From Anaerolineae bacterium (GTDB lineage Bacteria; Chloroflexota; Anaerolineae; Aggregatilineales; Phototrophicaceae): DNA of 64,000 bases. Positions within the stretch are counted from its first letter, which is position 1. The number at the start of each line of letters is the position of its first letter. Shown one piece after another: positions 8,910 to 19,570 of this stretch. The notes beneath the pieces were generated by a model. It saw nothing but the letters and a program-made list of their open reading frames with translations, was not told where the DNA came from and searched no databases. The stretch lies in the NCBI GenBank assembly GCA_051117475.1, contig JBNPEE010000032.1:5947-69946 (forward strand), written 5' to 3'. A program made the translations under genes and the position numbers.

Positions 8910-11900
8910 CTATTTTTTCTTGCCGTTTATGTTCAGGTACGCCCGCACATTATCGAGGAAAATATCATACTCCTCCTGACTAATATCGGTTTTGTGTAGC
9001 ACATGAATATCAATCAGTTGTTCTTGTTCAGCATTGCTCAGATCCATCTCGCCCGTGACGACCAGTACAGGGATCTTCGCTGTTTCAGGATTATCGCGCA
9101 GTTCATCCAGCACTGCAAAACCATCTTTGCCCGGCATCCGTAAGTCGAGGATGATCAGATCAGGGCGACGGCGAGCCACCAGTGAAATGCCTTCATCGCC
9201 ACTGTTGGCGCTATAAATCTTGAAGTCGCTGTTTTCTTCTAACAGTTGCGTCAACAGGCGGATGGTCTCCGGTTGATCGTCGATGATCAAGATGCGTTCG
9301 CGCTGGCTCTCTTTCTCGGCTTCTAGTACAGCTTCCAGCACATCATCGGGTAGGAACGGACGTTGGATGAAGGTGTGCGCCCCCAGACGATAGGCGCGTT
9401 CGCTGTCCTCATCAAGTGTGGTCACGACCACTGGAATATCGAAGGTATCATCGCGCTCTTTCAGGTTCTTGAGCAGGTTCCACCCCGCACCATTGGCGAA
9501 GTTCACATCGAGGATCACCACACTCGGGCGCAATTGCCCGATCATCGCTTCGGCAAATGCAGGGAAATCTGCTGTGGTGACTTCAAAGCCTTCGCGTTGT
9601 AGGATGCGCCGGAACTGATCGACCATTTTCTTATCATCTTCGACCAAAATCACATCGCGCTTTTGAGTGACCATCGGGATGTTCTGCGTGATATTGGTAT
9701 CAATCCGCCGGCTTTGCGCCCTCTGCACTTCTTGCGTTTCAGTGGCTTCGGGTTGGTGTTGTTTATGACGCGCATTGTTTGCCATCTGCTTGGCTTTTTC
9801 GACATCACTACGGCTAATCAAACCGCTGGCAGTGTCATTAGTGCCGTTGGGTTGGCTATTCTGTGCGATCGGTTTTTGCTTCTGGCGTTTTTCCTGTTGC
9901 AGACGTTCCAGTGTCGTGTCTGCGCCTTCGTAGGTCGGGATCGTCACGCTGAAGGTCGAGCCGACGTTGACTTCTGATACCACAGTCAGTTCTCCGCCTT
10001 GCATCTCAGCCAGCGATTTTGAGATCGGCAAGCCTAAACCCGTTCCACCGACAGTGCGCGTCAATGAGTTATCAACCTGCCGGAATTGCTCGAAGACCGT
10101 TGGCAGGTCTTTCTCGGCAATCCCCATGCCTGTGTCGATCACATCAACACGGATCATCGGCCCTTCCTGCCCTTCAACTGCGTACACATCAATCGTGACT
10201 GTGCCTTCCTGCGTAAACTTGATGGCATTTGTCACCAAGTTCAGCAGAACCTGCCGACTACGCATCTCATCGCCGTAGACCTTCGGCAGACCTTCGGCAA
10301 CTTCTACTAACATTCTCAGCTCTGGTTTCTCTTTCAACAAACCAATCGCAATTGATTTCACACTCTCTACCAGTGGTTTCATATCAAAGTAACCGAACTT
10401 GAGGTTGAGTTCGTTGGCTTCGATCTTCGCCTGATCGAGAATGTCATTAATCAAGCGTAGTAGATGGTTACCGCTATTGTAAATAGTGGTCAAATCTTGT
10501 TCTTGCATCTCGGTTAGAGGCCCGTCGATGCCTTTGAGCATCACGCGGCTAAAGCCGATGATCGAGTTGAGCGGTGTCCGCAACTCGTGCGACATACTCG
10601 CGAGGAATTGGCTCTTGAGACGATCCACCTCGCGCAATTGCTCTACCGATTCCTGCAATTGCTCAACCAACAAGGTATTCTGGATGATCGCGCCAATTGA
10701 CCCTGCCAGCGCCTGCAACAGCGTCAGTTCGTCGCCACTGTAGGCATTCAAGCGGTGGCTTTCTAGTACGATGATGCCCACCATCTTCACACCGGAGGTG
10801 ACCGGCACTACCACCGCTGATTGCGCTTGCGTGCTGATCGGCATGTAGCGGATTTCTTTTTCTACGTTGGGAATGATCTGCGGACGCAAGGCAACTGCCA
10901 CGATACCGAGCATATTCTCAGCATCGTTTAGTTCTATGCTAGGGATGCTGTTGATTGTGATGTCACTCTGGCTATCGATAGCCGCCACCTCGATCAATTG
11001 CTTGCGATTGCCATAGTAATCTTCGTAATCCTGTGGCAGATACATCGCGACGACGTCGGCGCGACTATTCTCGCGGACGCGGTTGGCGACGTAAGCCAGC
11101 GCTTCATCGAGTGTATCCGCCGACGCGGCTTCTGAGGTGGTATCGAACAAGAAGCGCATGTTCTCGGCGCTAGCTTGTGTACTCTCGTACAGACGCGCAT
11201 TGTCAATCGCGACTGCGATTTGTGATGCGAGCGTGGTCAACACCTGCACATCTTCATCAGTGAAGGCGTTCGCTTTGTTGGATTGTACATCCAGCGCACC
11301 CACGATCTCACCTTTGACTACCATCGGCAACGCCATCTCAGAGCGCGTCATCGGCAGGTAGGGGTTGGGGCGATGCACTACTTTGGCGTCAGCGGTATCC
11401 AGCGCGATGGTTGGCTCGCCCAGTTCAGTCACGCGCCCGATCACCGATGATGATCCACGTTCAAGACGGTGAGCAATTTCCAGCAATTTCTGACCGGCTT
11501 CGCCTGTGCTGGCGCGTAACACCGCCCAGCGATTGTCGCTATCCATCAAGAAGATCTGAACATGATCGTACTTGAACTGTTGCTTGATAAGATCCACCAC
11601 CTGTGGCAACAGCACATCGAGATCGAGAATTTGTCCGACGCTCTGGCTGATGACCGCTGAGGTCTGGAGCTGGGTGGCACGTTGTTGCGTCTGTTCAAGC
11701 AAGCGTTTGGCTTCGAGCGAGAGTGAAGTCTGCTCGGCGAACGCCTGGAAAATACGCTCATCACGTTCATCATAGCTATATGGTTGATTTGAACCGAGCC
11801 AGATCACACCAATTGCGCGGTTGGTCACGCGCAGGGGCATGATGACCACCGAGCGCGTGTCGAGGCTTTCAAAGCTGGTTTGCTCCATCGGATTAAGACC

Positions 11901-14900
11901 GTATTGTTCATCATAGATATCATTGATCATTAGCACATGCGGGGTAGCGAGTTGCGCCCATGCCGGGAATTGTTCATAGTTGAATGATACGCCCAACAGA
12001 TCAAGGTCTATGTCAGATTGCCATGTGGCGACCACCTCAACCGTCGCAGCAGCTTGATCCCAGCTCGGACGATCCAACATCGCAATGAAGACCTGATTGA
12101 TATGTCCTTCGATCAGGTGTGTAGTGATTACGTCGATGATCTCTTCCGGTTCTGAGGTGTCGATCAACGCCTTGGATGCCTGATACAGCACGCTCGTCTC
12201 TTGCAGAGTACTCTGAACCTGACTGAGCAAGGACTGGTTATCCAGTACCACACTGGCGCTATCTGCGATGGTACTCAGATAGCGTTCTTCGCGGGTTGCG
12301 AATGTGCGGGGTTGCGTGTAGCCAATCAACAAACGCCCGCCTAACTCGCCCTGAATGCGTAGATTGATCGCCGCAAATGATAGGATATTCCCTGCCTGTG
12401 CAATTTCAACCTCAAATGGGCGGAGTGTACTGCGCGTGATATCTGCAACGAACAGACCGTCGCTACGCGGGAGGGGCAGTTGCATCAGCGCGTCGAGGTC
12501 TAAGCCGTTGGCTTCGCTCTCCTCAAAGCCAGATTTGAACATCACAGTCGGGTTGCCATCGCGAGCTAGCACGTAACCGGCACGCATATCCGGATTGAGT
12601 CCTTCTAACAGCGTGTCAATCGCTTGATACAGTTCTTCTGGATCACGGGCGCGACTGATCGAGGTGTTGGCATTATAGAGTGATTCCGTCTCTTCGAGTG
12701 CTAAGCGCGTGCTCTCAACTAGATAGAGGTTATCAATCGTTTGACTGGTCATATCCGCGATACTGTTGAGCGTGCGCTCTTGATCGAAGCCAAATGCTCC
12801 CACGCGCTCATCAATCAGCATCAACCATCCCAAGGGTTGCTGACGGCTACGCACTGTCAGAGGCATCACCAGCACCGAATGTGCGCCTGCTTCCGTGAGT
12901 ATGTGCCGCGCATCCTCGTCGAGCGTCTTATCTCGCGTAACATCTTCGATGTTGATCTCGTTGTTGTTCAAAATCGTGCCTAATGCGTCGATGTGGGGTA
13001 GGGGTTGTACCAGACTGCGTGCTAATTCGATTCCGTCATCATGATTGAGGAACAGGTGAATATCTGTCGTTTCTTGCATCGCTAACTGAGCGATTAATTC
13101 ATCGAGCAGATTGTCCAGCGTGTCAGCTTCGGTCAAGCCCTGTTGTGTCTCGTAAAGCATCACGGTCTCGCGCAGGTTCTCTTGCATGGTGTATTCCATA
13201 CTACGCAGGGTGCTGATATCCTGAAATGCCGCCACAATTGCGCGTAAGTTCTGGTTGCTGTCGAAGATCGGTGCCGCGCTGATGAACAGATCAACCTGAT
13301 GATCGTCGGATTGGATCACGATGTCATCTGCCGGCGCAACCTGTACACCTGTGTCGCGCACGATATACATCGGCAGTTCATCATCAGGATAGCCCCGGCT
13401 TGTGCCCGTGCGGTACATGCGATAATCACTCGCTGAGAAGGGCTTATCGAACAGAACCTCTTGCCCCAGTAATTGCGAGGCAATCGCATTGGTTGAAACA
13501 GGCTCTAGCGTGACAGGATCGAGCACCATCACACCCACCGGCAAGGTTGCCAGAATTTCATCGAGGCGTTGGCGTTCGTATTGTGTCTCGCGCAGGAGCA
13601 GCTGGTTCTCGATAGCAATCGTCACCTGATCGGCAATAGATTGCATGAAGCGCGTGTAATCTTCGGTGAGCAATCGCGGTTGATCGGTGCGGATAATCAG
13701 CACACCAAACCAACGCGAACGTGACCACAACGGCGCAATGACTGCGCTGCTAGCCTGATCGGCACTCAGAATCTCGCGCACCATTGGGAAGTCATCCGGC
13801 ACAGTATTCAGATCACGATAGACCAATAGACCGTCGTCGTTATTGGCGATCATCATGCCGAACGGCGCATCTTCTTGCGAGATGATCGTGCCTGTTTCAA
13901 TCTGTGGGGGTTGAGTGGGATCACTGTGCCACGTATATTCATAGCGCAATTGAGGCGCATGTAAACTTGGCTCCGGTTGTGCGAGCAGAAGCGTCAGCGA
14001 GATGTTCAAATCCTCATCACTGCGAGCACTCTGTTGGATGAAGGGTAATGCGAGATGACCGGCAACCGCGTCGTAGATGCCCTGTGTATCCTGCGCACTA
14101 GAGATGGCACGGGTGGCGATATAGAGACGGCGTACTTCGCTCAATGCCTGTTCGGTCTGTGTCAACAAGCTACGGTTCTGAATTTGTGTGCTCATCTGAC
14201 CGGTCAGCGCACGGTAGACTTCGTAATCATCCTGTGAAAGATCGTACAGATCGCGATTGACGATATAGAATATCGCAATGGGTGTATTATCGCTGAATAG
14301 CGGGAAAATCGCCATGAATTTGTAATTGAGATCGCGCATCCACTTGACCGCGGGCGGCACATCTTGAATATCTTCGCCAGGATCGACCAGGATTTCCGGC
14401 TCGCGCTGGCGCATCGGTGAATGTTCTGGCACGAAGAGCGGGTGTATTTCGTTGGCTTCTTGCACGTCACCCTGTGCCGATTTGGCAATGATGCGCGTCT
14501 GGTCTGTCCAATCGTCATGGACGGTCTCACCATCGAGCAACGCCAACCAGAAATCGAGATTCGGCTCGCTGGCGGTAGCCACCGCCGCAAACACTAGATC
14601 CAATAGGCTCTGCGAGGTGTTGATGATACGGCTGGCGGCGTAGAGTTTCTCCTGCCGCGTGAGTGCATCTTCGGTCTGTTGGAGTAGCAAGCGGTTATCA
14701 ATTGCCACACCCGCCTGTGCGATAAGGGCGTTGTAAATGCGCATCTCACGCTGGCTGAACAAGCGCCGTTCTGCGAAGGAGATCGTCATGAAGCCCTTCC
14801 ACGATCCGCGCATGTTCAATGGGATAACAATCAGTGAAGCGGCGTTGACGCTCTCGAAAAGCTGGCGCAAATCATCGCGCATCAAGCCTTGCTTCTGAAC

Positions 14901-17279
14901 ATCGCTGACTGCGACGACTGTCTCACCTGATAAATCTTTCATGAACGGGTAATGTGAGCGTTGCAAACGTCGCCCTAATAGCGAACTCTCTGCCTGTCTT
15001 TGAATCGCTAGATCAACCGTGATGTACAACCAGTCTGGCGTTTCACCCGGCAGAATATCATCGAATAACCACACCTGACCGCCGGAGGCATCGTTAGCAA
15101 CAGTGACAATCACCGCCTGTAGCACGTCTTCGAGATCGTTGGCTTCGTTCAATTGTCGGCTCAATTCATACAGTACCGATGTCTCGGCTAACGAGGTCTG
15201 CGTTTCCTGGAACAGACGCGCATTCTCAATCGCAAGCGAGACACGGTCTGCCACCGATTGCAAAATTTGCTGATCAGCATCGCTGAAGGCTTGTCCCTCC
15301 GGCAGATCTGCTTGCAAACTACCGACAATTTGACCGCGAATGCTAATATCTGCTTGGATCTTGGGCTGTTCAAGGGGTGCGCCATAAGACTGCTTGAGGT
15401 CTAAGCGCGATTCAAGCTCTTGCCATGCGTCCCGCGTTAGTTGGCGATTGAGCTTATCAATCTGCGCGATACGACGGTTACTCTGTTCGCGCAATTGGGC
15501 ATTATAGATCGCCACTGCTAACTGATCCGCGAGGAGCTGATACGTCGGGATATCTTGTGTGAGGAAAACCTGCGGAAGACGGCTCTGAATATCAAGCACG
15601 CCCAACAGCGCATCGCCAATCAGCAAGGGTAAGCCCATTTCAGCACGGGTTTCACCGAGCAAGGGATTAAAGCTGTGCGGGTCTTCTTTGCCTTCTAAGG
15701 TATCGTTGACAATCACTGCCCGTCGTTCAGCAGAGGCTGTACCGATCACCGTCTCTGAGCCAATTGCCAATTGATGTCCCTGTTCGATCAGGGCTTGTCC
15801 CGCTTCACCACGGCTATAGCGCAAGACTGCATAAGTCTGTGATTCGTCCAACAAGAAAATCTGGGCATGATAGAAACCCAGTTCGTTACAGATTAAGTTG
15901 ATGGCACGGTTGGCAAGTGTGTCGAGATCAATCAGTGTTGCAGTCTCGCGCCCGATGCGCCCTGCAACCTGCATATCACGGTTACGGCGCTCAGTCGCTT
16001 CATCAAGTTCTTCACTGAGGCGGTTGAGGCGCGTGCGGATGCGCCGTACAGCTCTCACGAATTCAACCTGATCACCGGTGGATTGCACGGTAATCGCACT
16101 ATCACGCATGGTAGTTTGCATCAGCGTATCGGCTTCATAGAGTGTATCGAGGCGCGGTTTGATGACGCGTTTGATACCCGTCACTAACAGAATAGGCAGA
16201 ATCATGCCGAACAGCGCAATCCCAAAAATCTGATACAAGGTCGGTGTATAATAGCTGATCGCATTATCGCTCAATATGAACGCCCAATTGAGCGGAACCA
16301 CGTTCTCGTAATTGCTCACAATGCTAGAGTAGAGCAGATTATTGTTCAAACGTTCCGCAATTTCTGTTGTGCCCGTCAGCGTATCGTCGAAGCTCAATAA
16401 TGTTTGATAATGAGCATCTGTTTCGATATTACCTCCCAACGCCGATAGATTGCGCAGGTAGGTAACACCTAATGCACCACTATCGGCGATGACACGGTCA
16501 TCATCCACCATCCAAATCACGCGCCGCGAATCACTGCCACTCGTTTCATCAACCAGATCGCCCACAGCCAGATTAACGATATTGCGTAACTGCGCTGTGT
16601 TGATTTGCAATTTGATGACCATCGCCGGCGTGGTATTATTGGTATAAATCGGCAAGAAAGCATCGACTAACACCACCGGCGTTTCAGCGTCAAGGTCTTG
16701 CAGGTAAAAATCACCCAGCGCGATCTCGCGAGTTGCGCCTGTTACAGCTAGATTGAACACCTCGGCTGATTCGGGCGGCGCGGTGTACGATGTGTCCACC
16801 GGATACACGAAAACGGATGAGGATGTGTTGTTGAGTACGCCGCGTTCGAAGGCGAGGAAGGGCTCACCATCCCTGATTTCGATGAATTGTACGGCTTGAT
16901 AAACGCCCGGATTTAACCGAATAATCTCCCCCGCACGCAAGGATGCCGCTGCGACGTTGGGCGTGATCAGGTGTTCACGCAAGCCTCGATCATTGCCCAA
17001 GCCGGTTAAATCCGAATAATAGCGATCAAGTTCGGTCTGCACAGCGCGCTCTACGCGATTAAGCCCACCCTCATGTTGCAAGGTGAGTTCTTCATAGGCC
17101 GTTGCCATAGTTGTTGAGATGCTGAGCGTGGTGAAGATGATCGCCGCAAGGCTAACCCCAATCCCGATCAAGCGCATGACCTGTTCAAGATAAGGGTTGT
17201 TGTCGGTACGATATGTCAGCGTTGGTTGGTCAGTTTGTTGTGTTCTCTGGTTCATAGTTGCTCCAACATCATAGCTCAC
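8910..17279 (-). CDS. giant hybrid sensor histidine kinase (TM - extracytoplasmic domain - TM - ~10 GAF-like modules + PAS - HisKA - HATPase - 2 receivers)
   Basis: 2789-aa ORF. TM helices at LIGIGVSLAAIIFTTLSI and IFGIALFGMILPILLVTGI flank ~290 aa. Repeated GAF-like modules each end in an [EDQ]N-x-x-L helix. A PAS-like segment reads LPVGVMVLDPVTLEPVSTN. The H-box is SMSHELRTPLNSIIGF, with the His codon at 10587-10589. N/G boxes are NLVTNAIKFT, DTGMGI and GGTGLGLPISK. Receivers lie at ~9297-9659 and ~8913-9296. The start is ambiguous: GTG 17279 overlaps the upstream stop as GTGA, while ATG 17255 has GGAG 5 nt upstream. Confidence 0.92.
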   Translation of the reverse strand: MSYDVGATMNQRTQQTDQPTLTYRTDNNPYLEQVMRLIGIGVSLAAIIFTTLSISTTMATAYEELTLQHEGGLNRVERAVQTELDRYYSDLTGLGNDRGLREHLITPNVAAASLRAGEIIRLNPGVYQAVQFIEIRDGEPFLAFERGVLNNTSSSVFVYPVDTSYTAPPESAEVFNLAVTGATREIALGDFYLQDLDAETPVVLVDAFLPIYTNNTTPAMVIKLQINTAQLRNIVNLAVGDLVDETSGSDSRRVIWMVDDDRVIADSGALGVTYLRNLSALGGNIETDAHYQTLLSFDDTLTGTTEIAERLNNNLLYSSIVSNYENVVPLNWAFILSDNAISYYTPTLYQIFGIALFGMILPILLVTGIKRVIKPRLDTLYEADTLMQTTMRDSAITVQSTGDQVEFVRAVRRIRTRLNRLSEELDEATERRNRDMQVAGRIGRETATLIDLDTLANRAINLICNELGFYHAQIFLLDESQTYAVLRYSRGEAGQALIEQGHQLAIGSETVIGTASAERRAVIVNDTLEGKEDPHSFNPLLGETRAEMGLPLLIGDALLGVLDIQSRLPQVFLTQDIPTYQLLADQLAVAIYNAQLREQSNRRIAQIDKLNRQLTRDAWQELESRLDLKQSYGAPLEQPKIQADISIRGQIVGSLQADLPEGQAFSDADQQILQSVADRVSLAIENARLFQETQTSLAETSVLYELSRQLNEANDLEDVLQAVIVTVANDASGGQVWLFDDILPGETPDWLYITVDLAIQRQAESSLLGRRLQRSHYPFMKDLSGETVVAVSDVQKQGLMRDDLRQLFESVNAASLIVIPLNMRGSWKGFMTISFAERRLFSQREMRIYNALIAQAGVAIDNRLLLQQTEDALTRQEKLYAASRIINTSQSLLDLVFAAVATASEPNLDFWLALLDGETVHDDWTDQTRIIAKSAQGDVQEANEIHPLFVPEHSPMRQREPEILVDPGEDIQDVPPAVKWMRDLNYKFMAIFPLFSDNTPIAIFYIVNRDLYDLSQDDYEVYRALTGQMSTQIQNRSLLTQTEQALSEVRRLYIATRAISSAQDTQGIYDAVAGHLALPFIQQSARSDEDLNISLTLLLAQPEPSLHAPQLRYEYTWHSDPTQPPQIETGTIISQEDAPFGMMIANNDDGLLVYRDLNTVPDDFPMVREILSADQASSAVIAPLWSRSRWFGVLIIRTDQPRLLTEDYTRFMQSIADQVTIAIENQLLLRETQYERQRLDEILATLPVGVMVLDPVTLEPVSTNAIASQLLGQEVLFDKPFSASDYRMYRTGTSRGYPDDELPMYIVRDTGVQVAPADDIVIQSDDHQVDLFISAAPIFDSNQNLRAIVAAFQDISTLRSMEYTMQENLRETVMLYETQQGLTEADTLDNLLDELIAQLAMQETTDIHLFLNHDDGIELARSLVQPLPHIDALGTILNNNEINIEDVTRDKTLDEDARHILTEAGAHSVLVMPLTVRSRQQPLGWLMLIDERVGAFGFDQERTLNSIADMTSQTIDNLYLVESTRLALEETESLYNANTSISRARDPEELYQAIDTLLEGLNPDMRAGYVLARDGNPTVMFKSGFEESEANGLDLDALMQLPLPRSDGLFVADITRSTLRPFEVEIAQAGNILSFAAINLRIQGELGGRLLIGYTQPRTFATREERYLSTIADSASVVLDNQSLLSQVQSTLQETSVLYQASKALIDTSEPEEIIDVITTHLIEGHINQVFIAMLDRPSWDQAAATVEVVATWQSDIDLDLLGVSFNYEQFPAWAQLATPHVLMINDIYDEQYGLNPMEQTSFESLDTRSVVIMPLRVTNRAIGVIWLGSNQPYSYDERDERIFQAFAEQTSLSLEAKRLLEQTQQRATQLQTSAVISQSVGQILDLDVLLPQVVDLIKQQFKYDHVQIFLMDSDNRWAVLRASTGEAGQKLLEIAHRLERGSSSVIGRVTELGEPTIALDTADAKVVHRPNPYLPMTRSEMALPMVVKGEIVGALDVQSNKANAFTDEDVQVLTTLASQIAVAIDNARLYESTQASAENMRFLFDTTSEAASADTLDEALAYVANRVRENSRADVVAMYLPQDYEDYYGNRKQLIEVAAIDSQSDITINSIPSIELNDAENMLGIVAVALRPQIIPNVEKEIRYMPISTQAQSAVVVPVTSGVKMVGIIVLESHRLNAYSGDELTLLQALAGSIGAIIQNTLLVEQLQESVEQLREVDRLKSQFLASMSHELRTPLNSIIGFSRVMLKGIDGPLTEMQEQDLTTIYNSGNHLLRLINDILDQAKIEANELNLKFGYFDMKPLVESVKSIAIGLLKEKPELRMLVEVAEGLPKVYGDEMRSRQVLLNLVTNAIKFTQEGTVTIDVYAVEGQEGPMIRVDVIDTGMGIAEKDLPTVFEQFRQVDNSLTRTVGGTGLGLPISKSLAEMQGGELTVVSEVNVGSTFSVTIPTYEGADTTLERLQQEKRQKQKPIAQNSQPNGTNDTASGLISRSDVEKAKQMANNARHKQHQPEATETQEVQRAQSRRIDTNITQNIPMVTQKRDVILVEDDKKMVDQFRRILQREGFEVTTADFPAFAEAMIGQLRPSVVILDVNFANGAGWNLLKNLKERDDTFDIPVVVTTLDEDSERAYRLGAHTFIQRPFLPDDVLEAVLEAEKESQRERILIIDDQPETIRLLTQLLEENSDFKIYSANSGDEGISLVARRRPDLIILDLRMPGKDGFAVLDELRDNPETAKIPVLVVTGEMDLSNAEQEQLIDIHVLHKTDISQEEYDIFLDNVRAYLNINGKKK

Positions 17280-19570
17280 TGCGCTGTGTCGTCAGGATGG
17301 TTGCCGTTCGGATAAGCATTATAGCCGTTGCCGTTACTGCTGTATCCGTCACTGGTAATCGCATCACCCAGGCGGATCGCTACCTGTGGTGTGCGTAAGG
17401 CTTGCTCGATCTCACGGATGGCGGTCTCCAAGATGGACTCGATGTCCGTCTGACTGGTGAGCTTCGTCGAAATATCGTTTACCATTCGCTCCCGCTCAGT
17501 TGCTTGCTGGCTGGCTTGGAACAAGCGTGCGTTCTCAAGGCTGATGCCTAACCGCGCCACCAGCTCTTGTGCTAGCAAGACCTTGTTATATTCAAATTCG
17601 CCTTCCGGCACTTCGTATTCAATCACACCCAGCACTTGATCACGCAATTTGACCGGCACAACGAAGGGGATTGTGTTACGGTCAGTTGCTTTGCCGACAA
17701 CCGCTTCGCCCGTTGTCAACACCTGTTCACGTAGCAGGTCGAAGTCATAACCCGTGTGCACACCGGAGGTCACCAGCAGGTCAGATTGCCGTTGTTGATA
17801 GAGATATTGTTGCCATGCACGGCGCGTCTCGCGAGCGCGTTCAGCTTGTACGGTCGTTAGCAGGCGTTCGGATTCCGTGTAGAGACGTGCGTTCTCAATC
17901 GCAATTGTGATCTGATCAGCGAGTGTCTCTAGCGTCGCAATTTCATCTGCATCAAAGCTGTTGCTCTGCTTACTTTGCACGTCTAACGCCCCGATGATTT
18001 TATCGCCTAAACGCAGAGGAATCGCGAGTTCTGCACGGGTTTCGCTCAAGAACTCGTTCTGACGATGCACGTTACTCTCGGCTGTATCACGCGCCACGAT
18101 CACCTGACCTTGCTCGGTCACCTGACCAATCACACTCACGCTACCCACACCAAGTTTGTGCCCGCGTGCCAGCAATTCCTTCCCTGCTGAGCCGGTACTC
18201 GCGCGTAACACAGCATATTTGCTTTCTCCATCCACCATGAATATTTGTGCGTGGTAAATGTTCGAGAAGTTATCGGTGATGAGCGTGACAACTTGCGTCA
18301 TCAGCTTGTTGAGATCGCGCTCACTGGTCACTGTTTTGGCAATATTCTGCGTGATTTGTACGTCACGAGTACGGTCTTGCAAACGACGCTCCATGTCGGT
18401 GATCAAATCGCGGGTGTATTCTCGCAGGTCAACAAAACTAGTCGCAAGATCACCTAGCTCATCCCCGCGTGTGACCGCGTTTACAGGGGTGTCGAAATCG
18501 CCACGGATCACTGCGAGGATGGCATCGCGCAGATTGCGGATTGGTGGGATGACTAGTTGGTTGGCAACCAACAAACCAATCAATACGACGAATATCGTGA
18601 ACGCCAGCCCGAACACAAATGCCTGCCCGATGAATTGCTGGCGTACCACGTTGAATGCCGTACTGGTGTTGGCTTCAGTCACCAGCGCGAATTGTTGATT
18701 GTCAATGGTGATCGTTGACGTATAGCCTGCGACCTGCCGGCGGGTCGTCTCATCATCGCCCACATCATAGATGCTCACACTGCTGGCACGGTTGCTGAGT
18801 GCGCGCTGTGCGCCTACCGAGTTCACATCGAACAAGGCATCATCGATCACATTTGAGGGGGCGATGATAACATTCTCAGCGCCAGTTGGCACAATCAAAT
18901 AAGCGTACAAATCCAATTCATTTTCGTTGGCATCGGGCACTAAACTATCGATGAACACGGTCTCGATGTCCAGCGTAACCAGCAAATAACCGCGTAACTC
19001 AGATGTACCATCTGCACTTACAGCGCGCACTGCGGTGAGAATTGACCAGCTGGGTACATTACCGTCATTGTTGACGATGAAAACTTGTGTGTCAGTTGTT
19101 CCGCTCAATCGGTCTGCATACTGGCTGATGAGGGCACGCTGATCTTGAATGTCTGCTTGTTGGAGTGGGGCATCGCCTGCAATCACGCTCTGACGATATT
19201 GTAGATCAAGCAATTGTGCGCTTTCGAAGAAGGGTTGCTCGATCAACTGTGTGTTGAGTGCCTGTTCAAGATTACCCGCTACATCAGCGAAGGCTAGCTC
19301 CGGATTGTCACTCTCGACCTCTAATTGTAAGTTCATCAGCGTGCCGTTGACCGCGATAAACTCACTGATGTTACTCAGCGTTGTTTGAATGTTGCGCTGG
19401 ATGGCGCTCTCACGGCGCGTCCCGTTCTCGGTGACGGAGCGCTCTAAGTTGGTAATTGTGATACCACTGACCGTCTGGAACATCAACACGCCCAGCAGAA
19501 TTAACGGCAGAGTAACCGCTACAACGATGATTGCGTTGATCTTTGTCGATAAACCGAAATTGAACGTCAT
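17276..19570 (-). CDS. membrane sensor protein: TM - extracytoplasmic (Cache-like?) domain - TM - HAMP - GAF - accessory module - C-terminal stub; no output domain
   Basis: TM1 is IIVVAVTLPLILLGVLMF, followed by ~270 extracytoplasmic aa and TM2 (FVFGLAFTIFVVLIGLLVANQL). A HAMP-like segment reads PPIRNLRDAILAVIRGDF...GDELGDLATSFVDL. The GAF signature is IYHAQIFMVDGESKYAVLRASTGSAGKELLARGHKLGVGSVSVIG. The ATG overlaps the upstream stop (ATGA). Confidence 0.88.
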   Translation of the reverse strand: MTFNFGLSTKINAIIVVAVTLPLILLGVLMFQTVSGITITNLERSVTENGTRRESAIQRNIQTTLSNISEFIAVNGTLMNLQLEVESDNPELAFADVAGNLEQALNTQLIEQPFFESAQLLDLQYRQSVIAGDAPLQQADIQDQRALISQYADRLSGTTDTQVFIVNNDGNVPSWSILTAVRAVSADGTSELRGYLLVTLDIETVFIDSLVPDANENELDLYAYLIVPTGAENVIIAPSNVIDDALFDVNSVGAQRALSNRASSVSIYDVGDDETTRRQVAGYTSTITIDNQQFALVTEANTSTAFNVVRQQFIGQAFVFGLAFTIFVVLIGLLVANQLVIPPIRNLRDAILAVIRGDFDTPVNAVTRGDELGDLATSFVDLREYTRDLITDMERRLQDRTRDVQITQNIAKTVTSERDLNKLMTQVVTLITDNFSNIYHAQIFMVDGESKYAVLRASTGSAGKELLARGHKLGVGSVSVIGQVTEQGQVIVARDTAESNVHRQNEFLSETRAELAIPLRLGDKIIGALDVQSKQSNSFDADEIATLETLADQITIAIENARLYTESERLLTTVQAERARETRRAWQQYLYQQRQSDLLVTSGVHTGYDFDLLREQVLTTGEAVVGKATDRNTIPFVVPVKLRDQVLGVIEYEVPEGEFEYNKVLLAQELVARLGISLENARLFQASQQATERERMVNDISTKLTSQTDIESILETAIREIEQALRTPQVAIRLGDAITSDGYSSNGNGYNAYPNGNHPDDTAQ

